A stretch of DNA of 64,000 nucleotides from Eledone cirrhosa (lineage: Eukaryota). A program made the position numbers and the translations under genes. The stretch lies in the NCBI GenBank assembly GCA_964016885.1, contig OZ024747.1, positions 9,920,001 through 9,984,000 of the forward strand. The letters run 5' to 3'. This document shows positions 54,301 through 64,000 of the stretch, piece by piece (within the stretch, counting starts at the first letter, position 1; each line of letters starts with the position of its first letter). The notes under the pieces were generated by a model. It was not told the DNA's origin and did no database searches. It worked only from the letters and a program-made list of their open reading frames with translations.

Positions 54301-54499
54301 AAGCTTATAGATGTTATACAACCATCTTATTCCTGGTCTACCTCTGGGTCTCCTGTAAAATCTGAATCTGGATCCTGTGATTCTTTCCTTAAACATTAGT
54401 TCTTTAGACTGTTATCTCTCACAACACAGTGGTGTAGTTATGACAAGGTGAGTAAAGGACACCTCTAAAAAAGCCTCGTATTCATGGGTCTTAGAAAAT

Positions 54500-55480
54500 T
54501 ACCAAGTTGGTTACTGGTACAAATAACTCCACCAGAAACTGTAATATGGTCAGATGCAATAAAAGCAATCATACTGCATATTTCTTCATGCAGGATAACA
54601 AGTAACACCTTTGCACTTTAGATAGAGGGACCCATGTCAAAAATATATTGCAGTCTCCAATCTACTGCCTGTGATGGGAGTCATGGGGTAGATGCACAAA
54701 GATTGCATATCCTGAGACCCCAATGAGAGTCCAGAAGGGAGCAGATTCTTTGTTTCAAAAATATGATTATTATAAAATATGGAACAAAATAGGAATGTAA
54801 GAGCTTTGTTAAATGACAGGTTAGTTTCAGGCTGAATATGATGAATAAACATTTGGTCTTTGCTTATAAAAACTTTGTTTAACCATCACAGAGGCTAATT
54901 TCAGGCTATTTATTTCCTGTACACCAAAGTGACCAGATAACAATATACTTCTTTATACAAAGCAATGATAAACCTTATTGTCTAATGAAATGATCTTTTC
55001 TGGCTGTTTTTATCTGCAAAATTCTAATAACTTTATCTAAATCAATTTCTCTGGCAAGGCATGATTCAAAACTGTCTTTATTAAAGTGAAAGCGAGGTGA
55101 TTTTTTTTTTCTACAGACCTCAATGACAACTACTGCACCTCAGTGACCTTACTAACCACTACTGCACCTCAATCTCCATTTTAATGGACAAAAGACGGTT
55201 ATTTATTATAGAAATCTATGATTTTGGTTTCATGACTTGAATGTATGAGCTGTAGCATGATTTTGGTTTCATAACCTTGTAAGTTGAGCTGCAGCATCTG
55301 TTGTTTGTGTTGCAAGAGTTGCCGTTGAATGTTTGAATAACCATTCCATAGTATTTAGAGAGTGTAAAACATGAAGACTGAGGAGCATTCCTTCTTTCAT
55401 TTAAGTTGGAGTTATTCCATGTTGCACATATTCATCATGATAAAGGTGTTCTTGTACACATATGTCTATATTTAACGTGG
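54500..55480 (-). pseudogene. Possible highly degraded hAT transposase N-terminal half
   Basis: Faint remnants YHDEYVQHG..PQSSC, KIISLDNKV and FIHHIQPET occur in the order expected for Charlie-type transposases, with many stops. Confidence 0.35.
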
Positions 55481-55701
55481 TTGTTGGTGCTACTAATTCA
55501 GAAAATTGGTAAATGGAATCTCAAGTAGGCACACTCAATGTTGAGATTATGGATGTGCATTTACACTTTGGTATTGAAGAGTGTTTAGTTTGGCAGTGTA
55601 GCTACACGGGGTCATTAACACAGGGTCATAGCTTGGGACCACAGCAGAATATACCCCTTGATTATTCATGTGATGGGCAATGAAGATCTGGTTTTTGCCA
55701 T

Positions 55702-55908
55702 TTACCCCTTTAGCAGTTAAACCGGCTGTATCCAACCAGAATTCTCTCACTCTGTTCAAACTGGCCATAACCGGCTGCACATACTTATGTTAAGGTATTG
55801 TTCTCAAAATAAATATTATCAAAATCTTGTAGATTTGATATTATGTGAGATAAAGTGTTTACCATTAAAATACATTAGTAAATATAATGTAAATGCCAAA
55901 GGGTTAAA
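55702..55908. mobile_element. piggyBac-type MITE
   Basis: CCCTTTAGCA...TGCCAAAGGG-TTAA termini; reverse-complement homologue of 36420-36635. Confidence 0.7.
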
Positions 55909-56664
55909 TCTTTCATTATCTTAATTACATTTATGATTGCTGAATCTATGAATGTTAGCAGTAATATAATTCAGGAATTTAGTGATCCTGGCCATTGACC
56001 TCAAACTGGTTCCTTTACCTAAAAGTTGTCTGTGTCGCCTTCAATCAATGGTTGTCTCTTTAACCCTAGGCTAGATGACTGCTAAGTGATGCACCTTGTC
56101 TCATGACAAGGTACATCTTACTTGTTTCTATATTCAATAAGCCCTATATCAAGGGGTCATTTCTTTTTGTACATGTTGGGTAGGAGCTCTCCTGATCCTA
56201 TCACAAGTCACACCCAGTAAACATTAGAAACACTGATTTGAGACAGAAAAAGCAGCAACATATCCACTAATAACACACATACACACACACGTCTATAGCT
56301 TTCTCTGTCATCACACTACATATCGTTCCTTCTTTTTAAATTATTTTCTGGTTCCATGGCAAAAACACCCAGTCCACTCTGTAAATTGGTAGTGCCAGTG
56401 CCATGACAAAAAATCACCCAGGCCACTCTGTAAATTGGTAGTGCTGGTACCATGACAAAAACTACTTAATTCACAGTATAAGGTGATAGGGCCAGTCAGG
56501 ATAAAATACTGTAAAAGGGCTGGCATTAGGAAGGGTTTCCATCTGTAGATATCAAGCTAAAGATATGATGTGCAATGAGCATGGTGGACACTTGACCAGT
56601 CTGGTCTCAGTACATGTCAGCCTGTTTAACTCAATTTAAGCATGGAAAATAGACATGAAACAGT

Positions 56665-57005
56665 GAGGTTAGCTTAGCCTTTCATCATTATGGGGCCCAA
56701 TAAAATAAAGCACCTGTAATGCATTGGGGTCGATTTAATCGAATTTTCCCTCTCCCCCAAAAAATTGCTGGCCTTGTGCCTAAATCAGAAACCATTATTA
56801 TTATTATTAATAGGGCGGTGGATTGGCAGAATCGGTAGAGGGTCAGACGCCATGCTTTCCAGGATAGTTACGTCCCTTTACGATCTGAGTTCAAATCCCG
56901 CCAAGGTTGACTTTGCCTTTCATCCTTACGAGGTCGATAAAATAAAGTACCAGTAATGCACTGGGTATTTGCTGGCCTTGTGCCTAAAGTAGAAACAATT
57001 ATTAT
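56665..57005 (+). mobile_element. Two tandem tRNA-derived SINEs
   Basis: A truncated copy followed by a full copy with A/B boxes and an (ATT)n tail. Confidence 0.85.
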
Positions 57006-57556
57006 TATTAATAATAATAATACACTGGTGCTTAAATGCTTTACAGTATGTATTTACTTTTATTTAAAATCAACTATGCCTTTCATCTTTCCAGTGTATG
57101 TAAACATTTGTGTTGGTTTCTATAAAGCAGTCATTCCAATTGATTAGGTGTGTGTATATTATTGTTATTATTAGGACAAGGTAAAATAGAGAAAGTTGCT
57201 TGTCCTTGACCTAAAATCTATCAAGATAGAAATATATCAACTCTCTCCCTCTATCATCATAATCATAGTTTTTATGTCTACCTTTCCCTGCTGGAATGAC
57301 TTGGACAAACCTTCGGTAAATATTACTTTCTAAACTATTGTACAGTACAAAGATTAAATGTAAAATATGATTACAATGAATCATTAATGCTATGAAATCT
57401 TTTGTTAATAATTCTTGACACTTCAAATACCATTCTCTACCAGTCTGTTATGGGAAGGAAACAACTACATTGAAAAGCTTGGACAGAGAAGCTCTAAGGA
57501 TTCTTTATATTTAAACAACTTTATTGCATGCAAGAAATTATAATATCTGACATGTG

Positions 57557-57588
<32 letters not shown>

Positions 57589-57593
57589 GCCTG
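57557..57593. repeat. (GTCT)n microsatellite, 5' flank of the Tx1-like element
   Basis: Read directly from the sequence. Confidence 0.95.
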
Positions 57594-57768
57594 AGGATAG
57601 TAGACGTGTTTCATATCGCTCTGTGATTTGGAATTTTACCTGCTATATTTGTGAGTGAATTTTTTTGAATTCTTTTGTATCATTAACTCTAACCCCTAGT
57701 CTGGGACTATAGACGTAGGGTAAATATATTTTCACCCCTTTTGGGGTGAAAAAATAAATATTTCAGAA

Positions 57769-59523
57769 ATGTTTATCGATATCGTTGATAACGTTATCGT
57801 CGAAAACGATATCGCCATATTGGAAGCGAACGCCACGCCGACCAAAAAAACAAGCGGGAAAGAGGGAACAACAGTTCAAACTGTTGAACAGCCCCTCCTC
57901 TCCAATGAAAAAAAAAAGAATTTTAATTCAAATGAAAAAATTAATTTTCAAGAAAAAAATAACACCACAAATAAGGAAACCAACAACATTACAACAACAA
58001 ACACAGACAACAAAATTTCTTTTGCCCAAACACTCAGGAAAGCCACGGAATACAAACCCATTGACATCACGAACGCTAAGGAAAATTTGCTAGAGGCTAG
58101 AAAATACGTATCTTTTGGGGAGGATGGTTCTTTTACGATCAACTCCCCAGAAGAAGTGCGTCAACAGATTTACAAGAATACCGTAACCTACAGAACCATA
58201 ACCAACGAAACGAGAAAGCCAGCGCAATTGACCGAAAGTCAAATTGAGCTGGTTCTGAAAGAAATTAAAGACGACATACTCTTTATTCAAAGAGGAAGGC
58301 TGTATGCCAGCATTATGGTCCGAATGAAGGATGAAATGCTGGCTCAGAAATATTCGGTGGCACCTATAGTGTCACCACAATACACCTTCTTCCCCACATA
58401 TAAAGGAAGAAGAACACAAAGGATAAGAATGTGGAGCCCTACGCCAGAAATTAACATCTGGTCCGTCCTAACAGGATTTACCGACCTAGATAAGGACATA
58501 CTCATTTCAGCAGGGGAGTCCACCAGTGGACTGTTCGGGGGGAAAAGTCTGGAGGTTCTCTTACAGATGACACCTGAGAGAATCTCCGGAATACCCGACC
58601 GAGTGCTACTGGATGGGCGAACCTTCATAAATATCACAGTGGAAGGCAGGAGACCCTCATGTTACCACTGCGCTGGCAGAGGTCACCTGAGGACGGCCTG
58701 CCCTCTACTAACAACAAAAAAACCACTGCTACAAACACCACAACAACAAAAACAACCAGCACCACCATCACAAAAACAACAAAATACACTACCATCACCA
58801 CCAGAACGACAACAAAAACCAACACCACCACCACCACCACCACAACATCATCAACAACAGCTCAAGAAAACAACCCAAAACACGGTCCCACCCAGCCCCA
58901 CCCCACAGAACACAAATACAAAAACAGTTCATACACAACCCGGAGATATACCCCTCCCCTCCAATACGGAAGAGGAGCTCATATCGTCGGAAGACGAGGG
59001 GGCTCCCTTCCAAAAAGTGAAAAGAAAAAAACGTACACACACCACACAAACAAAAATAACCCCCCCTGACAACACAACACAGACAATAAAACGCAAACTC
59101 ACTCAACAACAACAAGCAAAAACAAACACAACAACACAAAAACTCTACACATACATAAACAAAAACAATGAAAACCTAACTTTAAAAATAGAAACCAACC
59201 CTTCGCTACAAACCGAAGGGCCGAATTTCGTAACGGCAATGGGGCTCCCTAACCTGAAAATGGTGAAAATCCCACTTGAGATTTTCAAAACTTTGAAAGA
59301 CATTTACCCTGAGGACGTGGGCCCACCCTGTACCAGGCCACTCAACCGCGTCCTCCTGAAAGGTTTTCCCCTCCCCTCCTCAAACACCCACACAACTCCA
59401 AAGATCCCAATCCCTCCACACACTAATACCCCCACACCACCACAAACCACCACCCCACCCATCAACCCCTCCACCAGCCCCATGGAAACTGAGCGACCCG
59501 AACCCCGGGACGCAGAGAGGTAA
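57769..59523 (+). CDS. Retrotransposon ORF1 (584 aa, gag-like CCHC knuckle CYHCAGRGHLRTAC, Pro/Gln/Thr-rich tail)
   Basis: Uninterrupted ORF with a CX2CX4HX4C motif, positioned upstream of pol. Confidence 0.9.
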   Translation: MFIDIVDNVIVENDIAILEANATPTKKTSGKEGTTVQTVEQPLLSNEKKKNFNSNEKINFQEKNNTTNKETNNITTTNTDNKISFAQTLRKATEYKPIDITNAKENLLEARKYVSFGEDGSFTINSPEEVRQQIYKNTVTYRTITNETRKPAQLTESQIELVLKEIKDDILFIQRGRLYASIMVRMKDEMLAQKYSVAPIVSPQYTFFPTYKGRRTQRIRMWSPTPEINIWSVLTGFTDLDKDILISAGESTSGLFGGKSLEVLLQMTPERISGIPDRVLLDGRTFINITVEGRRPSCYHCAGRGHLRTACPLLTTKKPLLQTPQQQKQPAPPSQKQQNTLPSPPERQQKPTPPPPPPQHHQQQLKKTTQNTVPPSPTPQNTNTKTVHTQPGDIPLPSNTEEELISSEDEGAPFQKVKRKKRTHTTQTKITPPDNTTQTIKRKLTQQQQAKTNTTTQKLYTYINKNNENLTLKIETNPSLQTEGPNFVTAMGLPNLKMVKIPLEIFKTLKDIYPEDVGPPCTRPLNRVLLKGFPLPSSNTHTTPKIPIPPHTNTPTPPQTTTPPINPSTSPMETERPEPRDAER

Positions 59524-59546
59524 GTGCCTCTTTCTTTGCCACCAAC

Positions 59547-62500
59547 ATGGCTGTCTTAAGAGTAGGTTGTCTAAATGCGCGTGGCCTGGGCTCACCTTGG
59601 AAGCAAGCTAAACTTCTAAGTGACCTCAGGTCACAATGTGTAAATGTGATGGTTATTTGCGAGGCCCGGATCAGCAACATGCGACAGCTAACCCCCACCT
59701 TTGATGACTTTGAGATGCACGCATCTCTCTGTCAGCCTGGAGGTGGGGGTGGGGTTGTCGTTCTGCTGCAAAAACATCTGGGTCTCGCTACACAGACGGT
59801 ACACTTGGACCCGGAGGGTCGACTCGTGGTTCTGGACCTTGGCAATGGCGAAGGCGAAGCTTTTAGGCTTGTCGCCGTATACGCCCCTTTTGGGGCAATG
59901 CGGTCGGACTTCTTCCATCGTCTGGAGACTTTTCTAGGGACGTCCCGCTCCTTGCTTTTAGTGGGGGGACTGGAATGGTATCCTAGATGCACGTTGGGAC
60001 TATGTAGGGGCATGTCCCGATAGAGGGGGGTGTAACAGCCTTAAGGGGTTAATCGGCCGATTCGACCTGGCCGATAGATACCGACTAGATTTTCCGACTG
60101 TACCAACCTGGACCTGGTCAAATAACAGTGATCAATCTAGATCGTACCTAGATAGGTTCTTAGTTAGAATTAAGGATAGGGACTTTTTAAGTTGTCCAGA
60201 AATGCTCATGGTGGGCTATTCAGACCACAAGTTAGTGACCTGCGTAGTCCACCTTGATAGAACGCATAGGCAGGGGCCCGGTTACTGGAAGCTCAACTTG
60301 TCCTTACCGGCAAGTAGAGCTTACAGGGACCGGATTAGAACCTTAGTTAAGGAGCGGTTGACGGGCGCCATCGTCAACAACAGGTGGTGGGGCTCTCTAA
60401 AAAGAGAGATTAGAGTAGTTTCAATAGGAGTTAGTAAGGAGTTAGCCTCAGATAGAAATAGGAAGGAAAGGGAGTTGGTAGTTAATGTTGAAGAGGCAAT
60501 GAGAAGCAGCAATGTGGCTAGAGTGCAAGCGTCGAGAACGGTCTTGAACCAGTTCTTCGACACGAAACACGAAGGCTGCGTTGTCCGAAGTAAAATACGT
60601 GCTATGGGAAACGAGGGGACCAAAGCTGTTAGCTGGGCCCGCGTGACAGAAGCGAAAAGTGGGATTAAATCCACTATCCGGTCTTTGCGAGACCAGGATG
60701 GACGGGTGATCCTTGAACCTAAGCAAATGTGCGAGGCCTTTCAAAGGCACTTTGCCCAATTGTTCGGGAGGGGCGGGGAGCCGGTTGGAGATGTGGATTT
60801 CGGTCCATACCTCGACGGCCTGCCGCGTCTTTCGGACAGGGAGGCGAGGTCCTGCGACGGGCCGATCTCAGCTGCTGAAATAGGGGACGTGCTGAGCCTA
60901 TGCGGCAAACGCAAATCTCCAGGACTCGATGGTCTGCCCTACGAACTATATATTAATATGCCGGACTTGTTCCCCGATCTCCTCGAGGCGGTCTACTGCA
61001 ACTGGCAACAGAACGGGAGAATTCCCTGTTCTGTGACCAAGGGCGTAGTCTCGCTAGTGAGGAAGGACGAGAACAAGGGGGATGACATTAGTAATTTTAG
61101 GCCCATAACTCTGCTAAATGCAGAGTTAAAGATTTTGGCGAAGGTGTTAGCGAAGAGGTTGGCGCTTGTCGTGGGGGGGCCTGGTGGGAGATGCGCAGAC
61201 ATGCGCTATCCCGTCCAGGTCCATCCACGACAACCTCCACCTCATGCGATACATCATAGAGAGGGTTGGGAACGAACCCGGCTTTGGTGGGGCCCTGATA
61301 AATTTAGATCAGTCTAAAGCGTTCGATAGGGTGGACCATGGTTACCTGGATGCGGTGCTAGCGGCGGCTGGGTTCGGACCCGTTTTCAGGGGCTGGATCA
61401 CTGCCATGCACAGCAGCTGCATCTGCTCTAGAGTCAAGGTGAACGGCTACCTTTCGGAGCCGTTCGAAATCACACGCTCCATCCGACAGGGATGCCCTCT
61501 CTCCTCCCTTCTGTATGTATTGGCTCTCGAGCCACTACTGCGGAAGTTGGAGTTGTTGCAGGGCATCCCTTTGGAACCGGGATTGCGCAAAGCGGTGTCG
61601 GCCTATGCCGATGACGTAACAGTAATGGTGTCGACCACCTCGGAAATCGAGGCAATCGGCACCTTACTGGAGGAGTACGAAAGGTTGACAGGGGCTAAGC
61701 TGAACCGGGACACGTCAGTCGCTTTGCAACTCGGCGAGTGGAGGGGCAAAGCGATGTCGTGCGACGGTATCGTCGGACATGGACGGAGGGCCCGGTGAAG
61801 TTGCTTGGGGTGTGGTTCGGACCGGACCTCCAGGTGGAGAAAAACTGGGGTGAGGTGACGAATAGGGTGTTTGCACTGACCCAGAAGTGGGCCGAGTGCA
61901 AACTATCCCTGAAAGGTCGGGCGGAGGTGGCGAACGCTTACATAGCGTCCGTCATCTATTACCGCTTGACTGTCGTGCCTTGCCCGGGTGAGATCCTCGC
62001 CAAAATGGAGCGCGCCCTCTTTTATTTCCTTTGGAAGAAGAGGTCTCCTCTGGTGAGGAGATCCATCTGCTGTCAACACCCTCTGAAAGGAGGGCTGGGG
62101 ATGCCGTGGCTAAAAATGCGTAAACACGCATTGAGGCTAAGGTACCTCCAGGTATTCCTCACCGGTCAACCGGTGTGGGCCCCGTTTGTGAGGCGAGCCT
62201 TCCCGAGGCTCGTCTCGCTCACCGAGCTGCAGTCCTGGGTGAAGCAAAGACCGAGAAAACTGGGCGACTGGCACATCGAGTGTGCCCAGGCGCTCACGGC
62301 TCTCTGGCAGGCGGACCCGGCTATCGACGGAGACTCCACCTCGTCATTCTATAGAGGGCTGGTGGTTAGCGGGTGCGACGACGCCCTTGGAGAAGCCCTA
62401 GGCATGGAGGAGGACGAACTGGCCAGTCTATTCGGTAGGACTTTCGGCCCGGGACCTATGGACAACTTCCAGAAGTCCTTGGCCTGGCAGTGCTACCGAG

Positions 62501-62985
62501 GGGCTCTGCCCGTTCGGGATAAGCTCTACAGACACGGGCGCCCGGGTAGGGACCCCTCGAAAAAGATCTGTCCCAGATGCGTGCGCGATGAGGAAACCGT
62601 CGCGCACGCATTGGTGCACTGCCCGGGCGTTGCCGATCTGTGGGGCTATGTCGAACAACTGCTGTCACGGGTGGGACCAATTAGGTTGACCACCGAGTCC
62701 ATAGTAACGATCAAGCCGCCTCCCCCCTTCAAAAATGAAGGAGAGGCGGTCTTCCTCTGTGTAATAGCCATGGTAAAAGAGGCTATATGGTGGACGCGTC
62801 TGAAAGGGCTGAGGTCGGACACCTTTCTCTCCGGCCAACAACTGGTCCTTTTCTTCCGATACCATTTCGGAAGAAGGATCAGGATGGAGAGAGAGGTGCT
62901 CCACTCCAGCCAGTTTTATGAAAGGTGGGTGAAAGTTGCGAGAATGGACCGTGTGAATGGGCCTTCTCTCTACCTCAGCCTGTAG
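59547..62985 (+). CDS. Retrotransposon ORF2 (APE + RT + Cys-rich domain), with three 1-nt frameshifts at about 59965, 61175 and 61779
   Basis: Motifs NARGL, VYAP, GDWN, YLDRF, SDH, GYWKLN, KSPGLDG, FRPITLLN, DQSKAFDRV, RQGCPLS, YADD, LLGVWF and CPRC..HALVHC. No in-frame stops once the shifts are corrected. Confidence 0.9.
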
Positions 62986-63204
62986 GTGGAACAGAAAGAA
63001 GGGAGCACCCTCTCTTTGTGCTCCCGTGGAGAAGGGTCACACACTTTTTTTCGGGGGTGTGTGTGACCCCAAAACGATCCCCCCCTATTGAGGACCTTCT
63101 TGTTATTTTGTTTGTTATATTTTTCTTACTCGATTTTTATGTAAACTCCCCCCACCCATGTACATGTCCCTTTCTTTTGTGCCCTAGTGGCAAATAAACA
63201 GAAA

Positions 63205-63237
<33 letters not shown>

Positions 63238-63242
63238 TTGTG

Positions 63243-63297
<55 letters not shown>

Positions 63298-63606
63298 GTT
63301 TGTGTGTCTGTCTGTCTGTTTGTCTGTCTGTTTGTTTGTGTGTCTGTCTGTCTGTTTGTCTGTCTGTTTGTGTGTCTGTCTGTCTGTCTGTTTGTGTGTC
63401 TGTCTGCTTGTTTGTGTGTTTGTCTGTTTGTGTCTGTCTGTGTGTATGTCTGTCTGTCTGTTTGTGTGTCTGTCTGTTTGTGTGTCTGTCTGTCTGTCTG
63501 TTTGTGTGTCTGTCTGTCTGTCTGTTTGGGTGTCTGTCTGTCTGTTTGTTTGTGTGTGTGTCTGTCTGCGTGTGTGAGTCTGTGTGTGCGTCTGTCTGTG
63601 TCTGTT
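63205..63606. repeat. Degenerate (TCTG/TTTG/TGTG)n microsatellite, 3' flank of the Tx1-like element
   Basis: Read directly; source of the C/L/S/V pseudo-ORFs. Confidence 0.95.
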
Positions 63607-63640
63607 CAGCAGATGATGATTAATGGAATAAGTACCATAC

Positions 63641-63871
63641 TTAACCCTTTTGTTACCAACCCAGCCAAAAGCCTTGGTTCTATGGAATAAAATCACCCAT
63701 TTTAAAGGTTTCCTATTCAAATTAAAATCTTCCAACATAAATTTATATAAGAACCTTACATTGAGTTACTGTCATAGGAATGAAATAACACTTTTAGTAA
63801 ATCCCTCAAAATTCTTCATTAATTAATGGAAATAGTGTATTTCATTAGAAATATGGCCATGAAAGGGTTAA
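63641..63871. mobile_element. piggyBac-type MITE
   Basis: TTAA-CCCTTT...AAAGGG-TTAA termini. Confidence 0.7.
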
Positions 63872-64000
63872 GTCTTAGGGTTGAAATCTGGCTGTAGAAT
63901 ATCACTTCAAATAAGTCATTTCTGCCCCATGCCAGTATACTAAAGAGGATGTAAAAATAGTGATGATTGCCCTCAAATTACACCCTACACATTGAGTAAT

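Larger units (their letters stand above)
57594..63204 (+). mobile_element. Full-length Tx1/L1-clade non-LTR retrotransposon inserted in (TCTG)n
   Basis: 5' UTR, ORF1 with zinc knuckle, ORF2 (APE endonuclease, RT, C-terminal CxxC..HxxxxC), structured 3' UTR and AATAAA at 63193-63198. TCTG repeats on both sides. Confidence 0.93.

Noticed and set aside
63184-63738. C/L/S/V-rich and T/D/R/Q-rich ORFs
   Set aside because: Translations of the (TCTG)n tract.

Overview
AT-rich, repeat-dense animal genomic DNA. The SINE/LINE repertoire and very long (TA)n tracts suggest an octopus-like cephalopod (inference). Most short ORFs in the track are microsatellite artefacts. Host genes read from the sequence: (1) a ~6.3-kb single-exon coding block at 10652-16941 (+), encoding an acidic low-complexity protein of unknown identity, with its 5' end lost in a 200-N gap; (2) a complete 4-exon ATP synthase subunit e gene on the minus strand (44850->35181, 83 aa) that the ORF track does not assemble; (3) the first coding exon of a GPAT3/4-type acyltransferase (49538-49687, +), head-to-head with the ATP synthase gene. 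Mobile DNA: a full-length Tx1/L1-type retrotransposon (57594-63204) inside a (TCTG)n microsatellite with only three 1-nt frameshifts; RTE LINE fragments; a CRE-like endonuclease relic; hAT relics; Tc1 and piggyBac MITEs; many tRNA-derived SINEs; and several minisatellites. The most notable hidden structure is a set of hammerhead-ribozyme motifs. One well-formed type I hammerhead lies at 2391-2468. Two copies of a fold-back element (171-564 and 41408-43745) each carry a minimal hammerhead on both strands, typical of Penelope-like element repeats. The second copy lies in ATP synthase e intron 1 and is split by an RTE insertion.
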